A stretch of DNA of 52,862 bases, counting the filler, from Perkinsus olseni (lineage: Eukaryota): assembly GCA_013115125.1 (NCBI GenBank). It is 2 parts of 2 records of this genome, joined end to end, with 100 filler letters (N's around TTAATTAATTAA, not from the genome) between each part and the next. Parts side by side here need not be neighbours in the genome. Positions count along the whole stretch, not along the records: positions 26,502 to 52,862 come from JABANN010000484.1; 1 more part is not named here. One strand, 5' to 3'. Below are positions 33,582-46,265 of this stretch, in pieces. Position 1 is the stretch's first letter. The number at the start of each line of letters is the position of its first letter. Both the position numbers and the translations under genes were made by a program. The notes beneath the pieces are model-generated. The model was given only the letters and a program-made list of their open reading frames with translations. It made no database searches and had not been told where the DNA came from.

Positions 33582-36500
33582 TCAATACCGAGGATCTATC
33601 AATCGACATTGGGACGGCTGCGGAAAACCCCACAGACCGTTACCGCCCCCGGCTACCTCTCTCGCGCGGGACAGCTCCTCGCACAAGTGGGCCTCCCTAA
33701 AGGAAACGGCATCTCCGATCCGTTCGTCGTGAACGAAAGGTGAAGCCGTCACTGCAAGCGGAACCCACCGTTGGCGTAGTTCCAGGACTATCCGCTCGTA
33801 GTGGTTCCGCATACACTCCAGAGCATCTGAGCTGGGTGGGTCAACCATCTCCTCCAAAACCGAACGTACTTCTTCCGTCTTGGATGGGAGCGCCTTCCCC
33901 TGCACAAGTGCGGCTCTGATCTTTAAGGAACATATTGCCGACACTTGTGATTGCGAAGGCCTGGATCATTGCGAGTAATAACTCGAAAATGCACCGCCCG
34001 GGAATCGAACCCGGACCATCTGCTTGGAAGGCAGATATCCTAACCATTAGACTAGCGGTGCTGATGTAAATCAAAGTCTGTCAAACAAACTCAGCCCGCC
34101 ATTAGTCCCAGCCATCTACCGTTGCAGCCGGAGCTTGTTCACATGCCTGACTCGCCTCGAGCCGCCCCATGGCGAGGTACTCGGACAACGTCTTCACTTC
34201 ATTGAGTGCATCATCCCGCTCTCCTGTCATGCTCTCCAATTCTGCACTCAGTCGCCGAACCTCCGCACGCTGGGCCTCTAATCCCGACAGTAACTCCGGC
34301 AAGCGAGATGCCTGCGGATGGGTACGTATTTTATCTTAGAGAATGAGGCGTTCCGGAGAAATTTCAAGACCAGATTATTCACACGCCCGTCATACCTGGC
34401 TTCTGGCCTCTACGAGTTCCGCTTCCAGCCTAGCAGCGGCCTCTCGGTTGGAAGCTGCGGCGGCAGTGACGGACACCAATTCCTTACATAGCCCACATGA
34501 GAACGATCGTAACAAGTCCCACGTTGGAGAGTGTTTCGCGGGTACCTCATGCAGCTTTCTCATCTCCATCCTGTGCTTCTCGTTGATCTCCTCCATGTGG
34601 CGTTCGGCCTCTTGCGAGCGCTCCAACATTCCTGCGTGGAGACGTTGGAGCTCAGTTCTAGCAGCCTCCAGTTGCACCTTGAGGCAGCACGAGGCATCCA
34701 GTGGCCGACAGACCTGGCGCAGTGAGTACTCCTAGTGACAGCAGCTACCTTCACATCCTCGATGTGTTGCTCCTTCGCCCCCATGTTCTCTCTGTGGACA
34801 CGCTTCACTTCCTCTAGCTCAGCAAGGGATTCTCGGTTGTTTCGTCCAACGAGATTCTCCAGGTTCTCCCGCCAGCCCTTGAACTCAGTTTTGAACTCTT
34901 CCATAGTGCGAGTCATTGTCTCCTCGAGTTCTTGCTGGTTGAAGCCCTGGCAAGTGATGAGCTCGGACGAGCAGCTAGGAAGAGATCGCCCGGAACCTCT
35001 CCGTTGAACGCCAGTTACAGCGAATGACAGTAGCTGACGTAAAGTGAGAACAGGACGGAGAACACCAGACGCATTCAGGCATAGCTAAGCTCGCGGGCTA
35101 CCGTGGAGCTCAGACTGCCCCGCTTCTCGGTGCTATCGATTGTTGCAATCCTCGGGCGGTTGACAACCTTGCTCATACGTAAAGCAAACTGTAGTGTATT
35201 CACAGTCTGCCGATACTCGTTCTCGTTCCTGCCACACGACGCGAACTGACCCGTGCTAGAAGTCGTAGCCTCGACTTGTACCGGGTCTGGTTTTTTTTGC
35301 GGGAGCCTACCTCCGCTCGGGGTTGATAGTTGCTATCATACATGTCTTACAGTTCCCGCCTAGAGAGTCTTGGAGAAGGCGAGTGAGTAGAGACTCTCTA
35401 TAAGGGACGTGCGAGCTGCCGTTGTTGAGTGCTTCAACAACACGACCCAACACGGACAAGCTCGTATTGATTTCTCCGGCCTCTTTAACGCCGTCTTTGT
35501 TCACCTGATACGCCACAAGTCGAATCATGGGAGGAGCTGCTCTTCCAGAGTTGTACCCGGAAACACGGTGCTTACCTTGCTCCTTTTCACGTTCTCGCTT
35601 CCCGCTAGGTCGATCATCACGAGCTTCGATCGGCGCCCTGCAGAACTTGTGAAGTTGATGGTGAACACTGCATGTGATCGACTGGATGACTCGTTGCATT
35701 CCGTCTGGCGGAAATGCAGCATCTTGCACCCATCTTGGAGGACCTCGAAGGACAATTGCCACCAGATGAGCGAGGTGGCCTGGGCGAACCTCCAAGGCCT
35801 GCGACTCGTTCTTCACTAGTATCTCCTTGATACCCCGAACGTGGATCCTCGTGCTGTTGCCGCAGATTTCCAGTGTGCCCCCACTCCCCGCCATGGACGC
35901 AGCCCTGGCTTCCGTGTTGAAGAGATCCACGAGCTTCTTCCCGTAGATCTCCAGAAAGGAAACCGAGATACTTGATCCCGGTCGTGTCTTGAGTTTGTAG
36001 AACAGTTCTCCGAATGACTGCGGAATCAAACCTGCCGCACCTCGTTGCACGAACTTCCAAGCGAGATGCCCAGTCCAGAGACGAAAAATAGGGGAAAGCG
36101 AGGGACACAGGCACACGGCGCTCGGGGAGGTCGCTCCAACGCAACGACGGTCGCACCTTTATTTTCCGTATTGCCCATCATGGTATACGTCTTGCCGCTG
36201 CCGGTGACGCCGTACCTGCGAGGACACGGGGCACCGGGAAAGGGGCCGAAGTGCAATGTACTGATGTAGCTTCACAAAGAGGTTATCACGAGTGGGGTTT
36301 CCGAATCGTGAATTCCTCGTTAAACACGAAAAGCAGCACTCGCTGCGGCGTGTCCATCACGCCCCCATCGACGATTTTTATGATCAGACTGTATCGGCAG
36401 CTTGCGCAACGTAGTACAGAGTGCCGTTGGCCGAACATTGCTCAGCGCAATGCAACAGCTTCTCAAGCGCCTGGCTTTGCCACACAATAAACGGGGGATA

Positions 36501-37135
36501 GCATGATACAGTTTCAATGCGGCATTGAGAAAGGCCAGCAAGAAGAAGATTACGCGAAAACTGCGCCGTTGAAGCCGTCAAGAACAGAGTCCAACACCTC
36601 CCCAACTGTTGCGTTGTATACGTCTTCTTGTGTTGCCTCTGGGCCGAAGACGTTGGAGTACGAGAAGATACTGCTGTCTACTCGCACAGCCTTGTCGATT
36701 GGATCCACGGTATACCTGAGCCAAGCATACACTCGCCGAGTTTTCTCTCCGTAAGAAATGGCAACTGGATAGTCATTGTCTTGCTAATGTACTGAGAACG
36801 CCCTTCCACCAGCCGTGAGAATATGTAACCCCCAAGGGCTCACCATGGAGATGCACCAGCCCCTGGCTCATCTGGACAAGGCAGACCGAATTGGGCTGTT
36901 AGCGATTGCTTGGGCTTCTCCACAGAGTGAGATCTATTATCTGACGAAAGCTCCGGCCTCGACCGAACCACCACCTGACAGCGACTAAATGACGCTGCAG
37001 AGCCCCGGCACGAGCGAAATACGGTTCGGACCACAGCTCCGTCAGCGTCTGGCCAAGAAGCAGGAAGCTGCTTACCTTGACGCACTCATCAGACAACTTA
37101 TGACTGTTGTTTGTCGTGCTGGGGGTACCCGGCAT
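33582..37135 (-). CDS. N-terminal motor kinesin with coiled-coil stalk, multi-exon
   Basis: [28 protein letters not shown] (P-loop), [17 protein letters not shown] (switch I), DLAGSE (switch II), [23 protein letters not shown]; coiled-coil exons 34100-34920; 3' end inferred. Confidence 0.9.
33990..34061 (-). tRNA. tRNA-Gly(TCC)
   Basis: GCACCGCTAGTCTAATGGTTAGGATATCTGCCT-TCC-AAGCAGATGGTCCGGGTTCGATTCCCGGGCGGTGCA; full cloverleaf, followed by TTTT. Confidence 0.97.
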
Positions 37136-37588
37136 GGCCAAACGCTGGATGCACAGTATACTCCCAACCCACTCCCCACGAGACGTCAGACAGCGAAATT
37201 TCTTAACCAGAAAGTGAACAGAAACACGTGCGTCATGGAGACCCATACCGGGTCGACCTACCAAAGACATGTCATTCTCGACGTCAAACGACACCAAGCA
37301 GAGACGCAAATGCCGTAGCCCTCTCACCGCGCTCATTGATTCAGCAACGCAACCAATAGAGCTCTTGAAGGTTTACAAAGTCTTAAAAAACGAAGCTTGC
37401 AACTGCTTATCACGAAATATCCTTAACAGAAAAAAAACGCATAGGCAACCCATAGAACGTCACTCAGCGTTTCAATACGCAAGTGACTCAGTTACGAAGA
37501 CTATGAGCCTTCACTCGAATACGAGAAAAATGTAGATAGGCGATCAGGATGACGATCACCCTTCGAGCCAGTCGATACCAGTGATCAA

Positions 37589-38017
37589 TTAGACGGTGGG
37601 GCACGAATAGGGATTGCCTACACAGCCGGGATCGGTGCTCTCGAAACACAGACTACCATCAGCTTTCTCGAGGATACCGAAGCAGACCGGAGGATTCTGC
37701 CAAGACTTGCAATACGAACCCCACTTGGAGTTCTTGCAACCACTCAAACCATTACACACATCCTCACAGGTCGGGGGAACCACAGGGCAAGAGACCGGCT
37801 GATAGACAGAATCATCACAGGAAGGATCAGTCGGTTGGAAGCAATAGTCATTGTTGCCCTTCTCAAGAAGACCGAAGCATACACCATTACCCTTACAGTA
37901 GGAGCCCCAACCATAGCTCGCGCATGAAGGAGTCGCGTCACACAGCTTCTGACAGTAGTCGTCAGGACTGGCCACAACAAGACCAAGGAAAGCTGCTAGC
38001 ACAGCGAACGACTTCAT
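37589..38017 (-). CDS. Secreted Cys-rich protein, two 8-Cys repeats (142 aa)
   Basis: Signal MKSFAVLAAFLGLVVA; two repeats of CxxxCxxxxxC..WGSYCK..VCFG..C..TD..C..C; intronless. Confidence 0.9.
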   Translation of the reverse strand: MKSFAVLAAFLGLVVASPDDYCQKLCDATPSCASYGWGSYCKGNGVCFGLLEKGNNDYCFQPTDPSCDDSVYQPVSCPVVPPTCEDVCNGLSGCKNSKWGSYCKSWQNPPVCFGILEKADGSLCFESTDPGCVGNPYSCPTV

Positions 38018-38961
38018 TAAGAAAACGAGTAGAAAGGAATAACAGCGAGTGTTGTTTCGAGCCGTAGGTAAGCCCGAGCCTAGCCCAGCTGAGCCTAGCG
38101 TACAACGCTAGTTGCACAACCGGGCACGTCCACATCCTTCACAAAGGACGGGACGCCTAGTAATCTGACGAGGACGCTCCTACCTGGGGAGGCGGGGTGA
38201 ATGGGCAACACCAAAAGTGAAAGAGCGCGCTCTGCTTCTTTGCTTCCAAGGAATACTAGCCTGTGTGACGCACCTGCCAGCTCGTGCTGCTCACGAATGT
38301 CTTCAGCCCGGCTGAACTAGACATCAACTCTACCGGCTTCCGGGACATTCGGTGGTATTACTTTCACATATCGCCGAATACACAACTCAGCCAACCACAG
38401 GTGATGGCCACTGGGTGACACTGTCGGGCCCAGCCTCAATTCGGCCAGGTTCTCCCTCCTACAAGGAACCGACAGACTAACCATTTCAACACGATCGTCC
38501 TGTAGTCTATCCCTACTCCCGTGTCACGTTGGAGAAACTGAGAAATCCTACACTGCTAAATTCCTAATATATACTATACCAGTCTAAGATGGAATCGCAC
38601 AATCCTACCAGTAGCAAATGACTAATGATGAACAAGCAACCACCACCTCGCGATCTTCCGACGCATCGACCTAATCAACAATGCAGCATCCGCGAAAAGG
38701 CTAGAAACAAGATTCTCGCACTCACAGATGTAAACTTGGCACCATTAACGCTAAAACGCAACAGATTCTATTGAACAGGAACAGACCTTTAGAAGATTCA
38801 TAGAGTTTCACAACAACAAAGAGGATTTAAAACAGCTTACCCCAGGAGACTCTCTGGGTAAGACACAGACGAAACCAAGCGCTCATATGGAGTGCCACAC
38901 AACGTTCATAGTAAAAAAGTTCTCCTTCACGAGAAGAGACATGATGGGGAGTCTACAGACT

Positions 38962-39387
38962 TCACAAGTTCGGGCAGGGATAGGGAACACCGGCACAATC
39001 GGAGTCGGTCTTCTCGTAGCACACACTGCCATCAGGCTTCTGGAGGACACCGAAGCAGACCGGAGGGTTCTGCCAGGTCTTGCAATACGAACCCCACTTA
39101 GAGCTCTTGCAACCACTCAAACCGTTACAAACATCCTCACAGCTAGGTGGGACCACCGGGCAAGAGACGGGCTGATAGACAGAATCGTCACAGGAAGGGT
39201 CAGTTGGCTGGAAGCAATAACCACCATCCTTGTTAAGGAGCCCGAAGCATACACCGTTCCCCTTACAGTAGGAGCCCCAACCATAACTCGCGCACAAGGG
39301 AGTTTCATCACACAGCTGCTGGCAGTACTCGTCAGGGCTGGCTAGAGCCGCAGCGAGTAAAGCTGCAAGAACACCGAAGGACTTCAT
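38962..39387 (-). CDS. Secreted Cys-rich protein, tandem paralogue (141 aa)
   Basis: Highly similar to 37589..38017, all 16 Cys conserved. Confidence 0.9.
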   Translation of the reverse strand: MKSFGVLAALLAAALASPDEYCQQLCDETPLCASYGWGSYCKGNGVCFGLLNKDGGYCFQPTDPSCDDSVYQPVSCPVVPPSCEDVCNGLSGCKSSKWGSYCKTWQNPPVCFGVLQKPDGSVCYEKTDSDCAGVPYPCPNL

Positions 39388-39895
39388 TAGGGCAATATCA
39401 ACTAAAAAGGAGAAATTCCAATGTTGTTGGGAAAATTCAACAAACCGCGGACACTACAATTTGACGAGAGTCAAGAACGAGCAAAGCCTAGCGAATTGAA
39501 CCACGCTACGAGCACAACTGTGCCCGTGCAAATCCGTCACAAACACTGGGACGATTGAGTGGCAGGAAATCTGACTCGGGCTTCGCCATGCTGGAAATGA
39601 AGCATGTCTCGTACCAGAATACCTGAACAGCTTAGTACGGCTCACAGAGAATTGCGAGTTTTATCCGCGGGTGTTCGTGACCAACTCATTCGAAAGATCA
39701 TCAGATTGATCGACTACCCAAACAAAACTCTTCACGTGACGAGAGAATCCTGTTAGCTGCAACATGCTCATTTTCCATTACTAGGAGGGTCATGCTGGAC
39801 GAAGTCTGAGATGTGAGCAGCTACCCAGTAGAAATAGGGCCGTACTGCAGAACGAGCCAGTCACTGGTGTACCAGAGTCCCCGTGTATCTTGCTG

Positions 39896-41490
39896 TCATT
39901 GCGGCCGTCTGCGCATCGCCGAGGTTCCATCAGCATTTTGTCCAACTGCCATATTCGGGTGGTAGTAGCGGTTGCGGTCCTCCTCGTCATCCTCGCTGTC
40001 ATCGGACATCTCACCATTACGAACTTTCTCCTGAGGGCATGGCGATAGGACTTCCCCCGGCCTTGGACTCCTGGACGGTACCGCACTCAAGCTAGATGCC
40101 ACGAGGTTACTGGAGCGAACAGTTAATGCACCGCGACCGAGAGGCACTCGCGAAAAATAGCGTTGTTCGACAGACCTGATCGGTCGGGCTCAAGGAATAG
40201 AACCATGGAATATCTTCAGCCCGGCAGAACTCTGTACCATCTCCTCCAGCCTCCACAACATCTAAGAATTCGACAATGTCAATAAGAAGACCGAATCACA
40301 AGCTCGAAAGCTCGCAGACGCAAAGCGAAGATTCCCTCACTCGCGTAGCTTATAGCGTAGGGTAAGTTGAAGAGGCACAGGATGAGGGGAATGACGCCGA
40401 AGGGAACAATGATGAGATGAAGACGAGGGCCGCAATAAAAGATGATGTCGATGGGGTAAGGCAGCACATCCGAGCTGAAAAGACAAGGTTTGAGGGGTGC
40501 GAGGACAAGCGGTAGGCTACGCCATGGACTCGACTAGAGGATTCGTGAAGGCGGCTGCGACCATAGCGGCGCCCATCTTGGCAGTCTGATGCTGTTCCGC
40601 TTGACCACTCTTCATGATGAGATAGTTCTACCAAGGATTCAGCTGAGAGTCGGAGTACGTAGCGCTCTTACGCCTGGGAGAAGATGCGCGTAGAAGGAGC
40701 GCACTTTGAACCCAAAGTGGACGCCATAGGTTATCCACCTGACTAAGGTACTTTAATTCACTCGTGCGAAATCTCTTGCGGGAGGCCTCGTAGCTGCAGA
40801 GCACCAAGGGAAGGCGGTACCACTCACAGGATCCCCGATAGGAATAGCATAGACACGTAGAGGCGGGAGAGAGGGAGCTTCCCAGTTCCAGTTGACATGG
40901 CCAGAGCTGCCATTCCAACCATCACAGTCATCAGAGAGAAACTCCAGGTCAATATCGGGTTCCAATAGAGGAGCTCTGAGTGCAAGAAGGAGGCAAAACA
41001 GTCCTTGGCCAGTCTGGGTGGGATCTACCATCCCTCAGCCACGGTATGTACTGTACAGCTTCGTGAAGGTAGAAGTGGGTAATTATCGAACAGTTCGTGA
41101 TGGTGATCACAGCCAGCGACGTGGCGCTAACCACCATTCCTAAGACAGAGCGGCCCCGGGATAGAGGAGAATAACAGTATCACCTCCCTTAAGAGGAAGA
41201 CAACAACAAGAGCTGCAACTCATCCTGACTCACAAAAGACCTGTTCATAGAGAAACAGAGTGACCATCAGAGTGACGAGAGAGCAGGCAGCCTTCGAAGC
41301 CAGTGACACAACGCAACAGAGTCCTGTCCTAGTTACGGTTCTACCGTTCCTACAGCTACCAACTTCAAGGGCAATACGACGGGCATCCAACCTCAGCAAA
41401 TCGGTAATGAGCGCACGTGCAACAGAGGGTGAGAACGATGACGATGACGACGATGCCCACCAAGAGGGAGACGATACTAACAATGTACAT
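39896..41490 (-). CDS. Multi-exon multi-pass membrane protein of unknown function
   Basis: Exons read MYIVSIVSLLVGIVVIVIVLTLCC.., AACSLVTLMVTLFLYEQ, SRLYVSMLFLSGIL, LHLIIVPFGVIPLILCLFNLPY and acidic tail SDDSEDDEED..RRRPQ*. Confidence 0.6.
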
Positions 41491-41611
41491 GTCGACTTGC
41501 GAAGTGATGGGCCCTACAGGAGGAGGCCCGAGAACTGCTGTTGGTAATCATCAACAATACTACATTCAACAGAGGAGGAGTGCCAACACTTAACAATCGT
41601 TCGAGTGGACT

Positions 41612-43006
41612 TCAACGGGCACTGCCTGGAGGGGCGGAGACCGCCGTCCCTTTCCGAAACAGCCGATTGAGCTCTGTCTCCCTCTCACTCTCCTCATCCG
41701 AGCTACTGTCGCTAGAGCTGCTGCCCCGACTACTAGAGCTGCTAGAACTACTGGAATTAGCCCGCCGCCTCCTCTGCGCTTCTTGTAGCTGCGCTAACGC
41801 CCTCTGCTGCGCCACTATCTCTCGAGCTCGTTCCTCGTTCTCCTTAACCTTCTGATTGCGAAGATTCAACAGCCTCGCCACATACCGCTTCAAGTTCCTC
41901 TGATCTCTCGGGGCCATCATGTCGACATCCAACTCCTGCAGTATTCCGGTTGTAGGGTCCAGAACCACCCCTGGACAGTTGCGCAGCTTCTTGTCGACCA
42001 CTTGACAAAGGTCCTCAGGCGTTAGCTGGTTCATATCCTCCTCCAGTTTGACCTTCTCTTCCGCCGTCAGAGGGAGCGCAGGTCCTCTGGCACCCCCTAC
42101 GGCCCCCACCTTCGCCGAGTTCTCCTTCGCAGCGGAGCCGCCACTAGCTCGAGGAGTTTCGCTGAGATTTGAAACGAACTGCGTCAGCTCAGAGATCCTG
42201 TCCTGTAGCTGCTCTATCTGGGCCGTCAACTCCGACTCCGATGCCTTCGATCCACCACTTGAAATCTTGCTCTTCTTACGAGATTCCTTTACGCTCTCCT
42301 TATCCTTGCTCTTATGAGCAACAGGCTGCTTACTGCCCTTATGACTACCAGCCTTTCCACCTCCACTAGCTTGATGCCTGTGTGTGCTCGAAGTCGGAGT
42401 AGCCTCAGGTGGCTCCTCGATCGCCGGATACTGCGCTTCAACATATTCCGCATTTCCAATCCGATAGGAGGCGTCGAACATCAATTCTGTGCACAATTTA
42501 TTCAACCGCTCCGCGGCTTTGAAGGGTTGCGAGGTTTTAGGATAATTTCTCAATGCAAATCTTACAAGTCGACGTAAGTCTCTCTCCAACTCCAAATGCG
42601 TATTGTACTTTCCCTCTTCAACCATATGGCGGACATGTCCTAAATTAATCGGCAGCTGGCACGCACTAAAGCTGACCCCCTCGATTTGCCGAGGTAGCAC
42701 TGGATGGCTGAACCAATACGGTATGCTATCAGCACCGGAAAAGCCCTGGTCGGCCTCTATTGTATTCAAGACTCCCAAGAAAACTGATCGGAAGTGGGCT
42801 CCATCTTCGCCCATCTTCGACACTGCTCCCCTCGGCATCATAATACGTGCTCCTGGATCCTTGCCACTCATCAAGATCGGACTCCCCGAGGCAGTAGTCG
42901 GTGCTGCCGAGACATTGACGGGAGCGCTACTCTTCTTTGTAGTCGAAGCCCGTCTGGGTGTGAGGCTCTGCCCTGTCTTCTGCTCATCCACAGTGCTCAT
43001 CTTCAT
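41612..43006 (-). CDS. BET/GTE-like protein: bromodomain + NET(ET) domain + Ser-rich tail (464 aa)
   Basis: FSHPV..PINLGHVRHMVEEGKY..DLRRLV..AAERL (bromodomain); PLTAEEKVKLEEDMNQL..ELDVDMM..NLKRYV (ET); SSSSSDSSSDEE (SEED-like). Confidence 0.85.
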   Translation of the reverse strand: MKMSTVDEQKTGQSLTPRRASTTKKSSAPVNVSAAPTTASGSPILMSGKDPGARIMMPRGAVSKMGEDGAHFRSVFLGVLNTIEADQGFSGADSIPYWFSHPVLPRQIEGVSFSACQLPINLGHVRHMVEEGKYNTHLELERDLRRLVRFALRNYPKTSQPFKAAERLNKLCTELMFDASYRIGNAEYVEAQYPAIEEPPEATPTSSTHRHQASGGGKAGSHKGSKQPVAHKSKDKESVKESRKKSKISSGGSKASESELTAQIEQLQDRISELTQFVSNLSETPRASGGSAAKENSAKVGAVGGARGPALPLTAEEKVKLEEDMNQLTPEDLCQVVDKKLRNCPGVVLDPTTGILQELDVDMMAPRDQRNLKRYVARLLNLRNQKVKENEERAREIVAQQRALAQLQEAQRRRRANSSSSSSSSSRGSSSSDSSSDEESERETELNRLFRKGTAVSAPPGSAR

Positions 43007-43252
43007 ACTCGAGCTTGGCGAGTCGGGCAGGGAGGCAGCGTTCTCTCCCTGAAATTTATCACTGTTCCAAGAAACAAGTCAACTTACACTGGGTTGCCTC
43101 TCCGAAGCGTTCCGAGTACGAAGACACACAGTCCCCAGAATCTCCGATCCATGGGACAAAACTCCAAACTTAGTAATACTATCCGCAAATACAGTACAGG
43201 CCCCAGTACAAGTCAATAGAAGCTATCCAAATCAGCCCACTAGCTACGTCAG

Positions 43253-43798
43253 TCACTGAACGCACTCGATAGTTTCACAAGAGAAATGCCTACCGCTCGG
43301 TGCGGAGCAGATTCCCGCCCAACCATCTACTACCCTTTTCCTCTTCCCCGCGGCGCTCCTCCTCCTCAGTGCAGGCGAGCTATCGCTCACTCCATCCACG
43401 GTGCTGCTCGAGCGCGCTGCCGCCGTAGACTCCCTAGTCCTTCGCCGAGCCGAGACCGCGGCCGCAAATGACAGTTCCGCTCGAGGGGAAGCTGGAGGAG
43501 TCTTCACTTCCTCGAAGGCAAATCCAGATTCTTGCAACGCCTCGCACACCGATCCCAGCTCGGCCTCCGAGAGAAAGAGTTCTCCTCGGAAAGAATGACC
43601 AGCAGGCTCGCGATTAACGGATGGGTCTAGCGAGACGGTATCCTGAGCATCGCCAGCATCGGGAGGCGCCGGCTCAGCTGCCTTCTCGAGCTTCACCGGT
43701 GCGGTGGCTTCGTCTGCCGAGGAGAGAGTCTGGCTCATGTCCACAACGTTTGTCTCGACCGGAGGGGTTGCCGCCTCCGGTGTAGTAATGTTGCTCAT
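43253..43798 (-). CDS. Hypothetical low-complexity protein (181 aa)
   Basis: Open frame from ATG 43798, Ala/Ser/Glu-rich with basic patch RRRSAAGKRKR; same orientation as neighbours. Confidence 0.55.
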   Translation of the reverse strand: MSNITTPEAATPPVETNVVDMSQTLSSADEATAPVKLEKAAEPAPPDAGDAQDTVSLDPSVNREPAGHSFRGELFLSEAELGSVCEALQESGFAFEEVKTPPASPRAELSFAAAVSARRRTRESTAAARSSSTVDGVSDSSPALRRRSAAGKRKRVVDGWAGICSAPSGRHFSCETIECVQ

Positions 43799-43989
43799 GC
43801 TGGTCGAAGGGAAACCCTTGAAAGGATGCCTCCAGCCAGTCAGCCCAATAGTTCTGGGGTCCACCAGCTCGCACTCAGTCAGTTTCCATCAACGCGAGAA
43901 CAAGTTAGGAGAAATCTGGTATGTAACAATAGGCGCAATGGATCGACTAATCACCAGCAGGCCGATCCCAATTGGCCAGACCCATCTTC

Positions 43990-44812
43990 TTAGTGGGCCT
44001 TGGCGTACTTCTTGGAAGGCTTAGCGCCCTTTCCCTTCTTTGGAGCATCATCCTCCTCAGTTGCCTCCATGAACTGGTTGAGAAGGGCCGAGAAACCGCT
44101 CTTCTGAGGGTTCACGCCACCGAACGGCCGCCGCAAGGCCCTGACAAATCCAGCATGGAACAACCTCAACCAAAGAGCACTTCACCTGTGCTCATGAGGA
44201 TCTTGCTTCAGTATATGCAGCTTGAATACCTCCGAGTCGGTGAGAGCGGTAAGAGCCATAACTGAACTTAGGATCAGCGGCTGGACGAAGCCCATCCTAT
44301 AGTGGATGAATACAACCTGAAAAGAAGTAGCTGCTCCCCAGCTCGCTCAGATGCTCATCGCCAGGCTCCCGGCAGCCCTCACATCCCGAGGCTTGAAGAC
44401 TTACAATGAGTATTTGGATGAGTTGATTCTGTACAAGATCCATTAGCTTGCCAGTATCATATTGGTTAACGGTCATAGCCTCAACTGGCTCCATCTGTCC
44501 TAGACCTGCTCATCACAACTCGATTGCCACGACCGCGAGGCCAGTACTACCAGCGTCCTTCTCATGAGCAGGGACGATCTCTTTATCTCCCTCAGTGTTC
44601 CCCCTTATACTTCTATAAATCATCAAAAACACGCCCGTCTGCGCCGCGAGGCGGATCGCAAAAATGATTCGACCGATTATGGTCATCTGGTCCTCGCTGA
44701 GCGGCAGTTGCTTGAGTAATAACAGGACGCCGATGGGAAGCAAAGCACGCCAGAGCTTCGGTTTCTGAGGGGGCAGCGGCTGCGACTCGTTCTTTCGCTT
44801 GGATTGGGCCAT
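43990..44812 (-). CDS. Pho88/SND3-family ER membrane protein, multi-exon
   Basis: Hydrophobic N-terminus, MTVNQYDTGKL, PLILSSVM, VFKLHIL, LRRPF match recalled Pho88 motifs (TxxEYD, PLxxQ, KIHL, LxRPF); ends KKYAKAH*. Confidence 0.75.
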
Positions 44813-45342
44813 ATCAAACGTGAGTGGACAACACTGATAAATGCGGCCATGGACTTTTCTACGTGCTCTGCGACCAACGGGACAGAGTGGAAAGAATATC
44901 CCCTCGAAGAACTAATGCCCCAATAGATGATACTAGCAGGAGCACTCGTTGGACCTATTGTACTTTCCTATAGCATGGACCCAGAGAGATAGCCTGCTCG
45001 TGCTAGTCCACGAGATGAGAGCACCGAATACCAACTCCCGACAGCTTTCCTGCTCATTAGGACCCTACCACAGCTTGGGCCCCAATTGCTCCGTTCAATG
45101 CACGCATGGGTCGAGCAATGACAGAAGCAGGACTTAGAGCCTCAGGTGGCATTCTCGATTCGTAAAGTTCAGTAGCACCTCGGAAGCTGAGGGAAATCGT
45201 TCGGCAACGAAACCTTGGGAATGGGCGAGCGAGAATTGACGCGACGGAGCGAAGCGTTTCGTATTTTTCAAATTGGTGAGCGGAGCGAAGAGAATCACGT
45301 TGCGCATTTTTCGGCGACCATCACTGCGCAGAATGGGTTCTC

Positions 45343-46210
45343 ATGTTTTGCAGCCAGTGTCTGAGCTCTTGCGAGGACAGCCGGCCCTCTAGCCAACCGC
45401 GGACGTGTCGGACACCGTATGTGATCGACAACCACGAACTCCGAGTGGTCTCTCCTATTAACAGTAGTGATACTCGGGAGGCACGAATCGGGACTTCACG
45501 CATCCGCATGCTGCCCGTCGCTTCCCTGGTCAGGTTTATCTCGCCTGAGAGGGGAGCATATGACAAATCTGAATTCTACTCAGCGCGGTGGGGCGGCGCC
45601 CTATGGTACTTCGGTACCCCCAGCGTGGATGGATGGGATATCGCCGAGAGCCCGGCAAATACTCATGAGAGCTCGGGGATTCACGACCCACTTGTCACGG
45701 TAGTAGGGACGGTTGGCCGGGTAACCGGAAATAGTCGCTGGGAAAAAGCGACAGGAGGGCTCAGCGGACATATCCTCAGGTCGAGGCCGCTGGCCCATAT
45801 CGTTCCTCCTCACAGTGGTGACACGACAGTCCCATTGGACACAGGGAGGAGCAGTGGGCATGTTAGTGGCGTGTGAATTAGCCACGATAAGCATTTACTA
45901 CCACACCGATGGAGACCTAGCTGATCTTGCGTTGTTAATAGTATGCTGTCGTGCCAACCACTACTCGTGACAGTTGCATTGTATGTCCAGCTCCTGCTTG
46001 CCTTACCGACTCCACAATGCTAGTACAGAGGAAACGAGGTATTACGGTATAGGTATTCACTTTTCCTGCGCTATACCCAGTGCGAATGGCCGCTAACTTA
46101 CTACACTTCTATGCCTTTCGTGAATGAAGTGTGCCGTACCGCTCGCTCGTGGACCATATTGTCGTTCACTGTTACGCTCCTAGGGCAAGCGAAGGCGTTT
46201 TGTAATTCGT
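45343..46210 (+). CDS. Possible small multi-exon hypothetical gene
   Basis: ORF 45343..45876 with plausible internal splice sites; no recognisable motif. Confidence 0.3.
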
Positions 46211-46265
46211 ACCTGCATTACACCAGAGCATATTTCGGGGCACTTTCAGCGGAAGCGTAGTGTCA

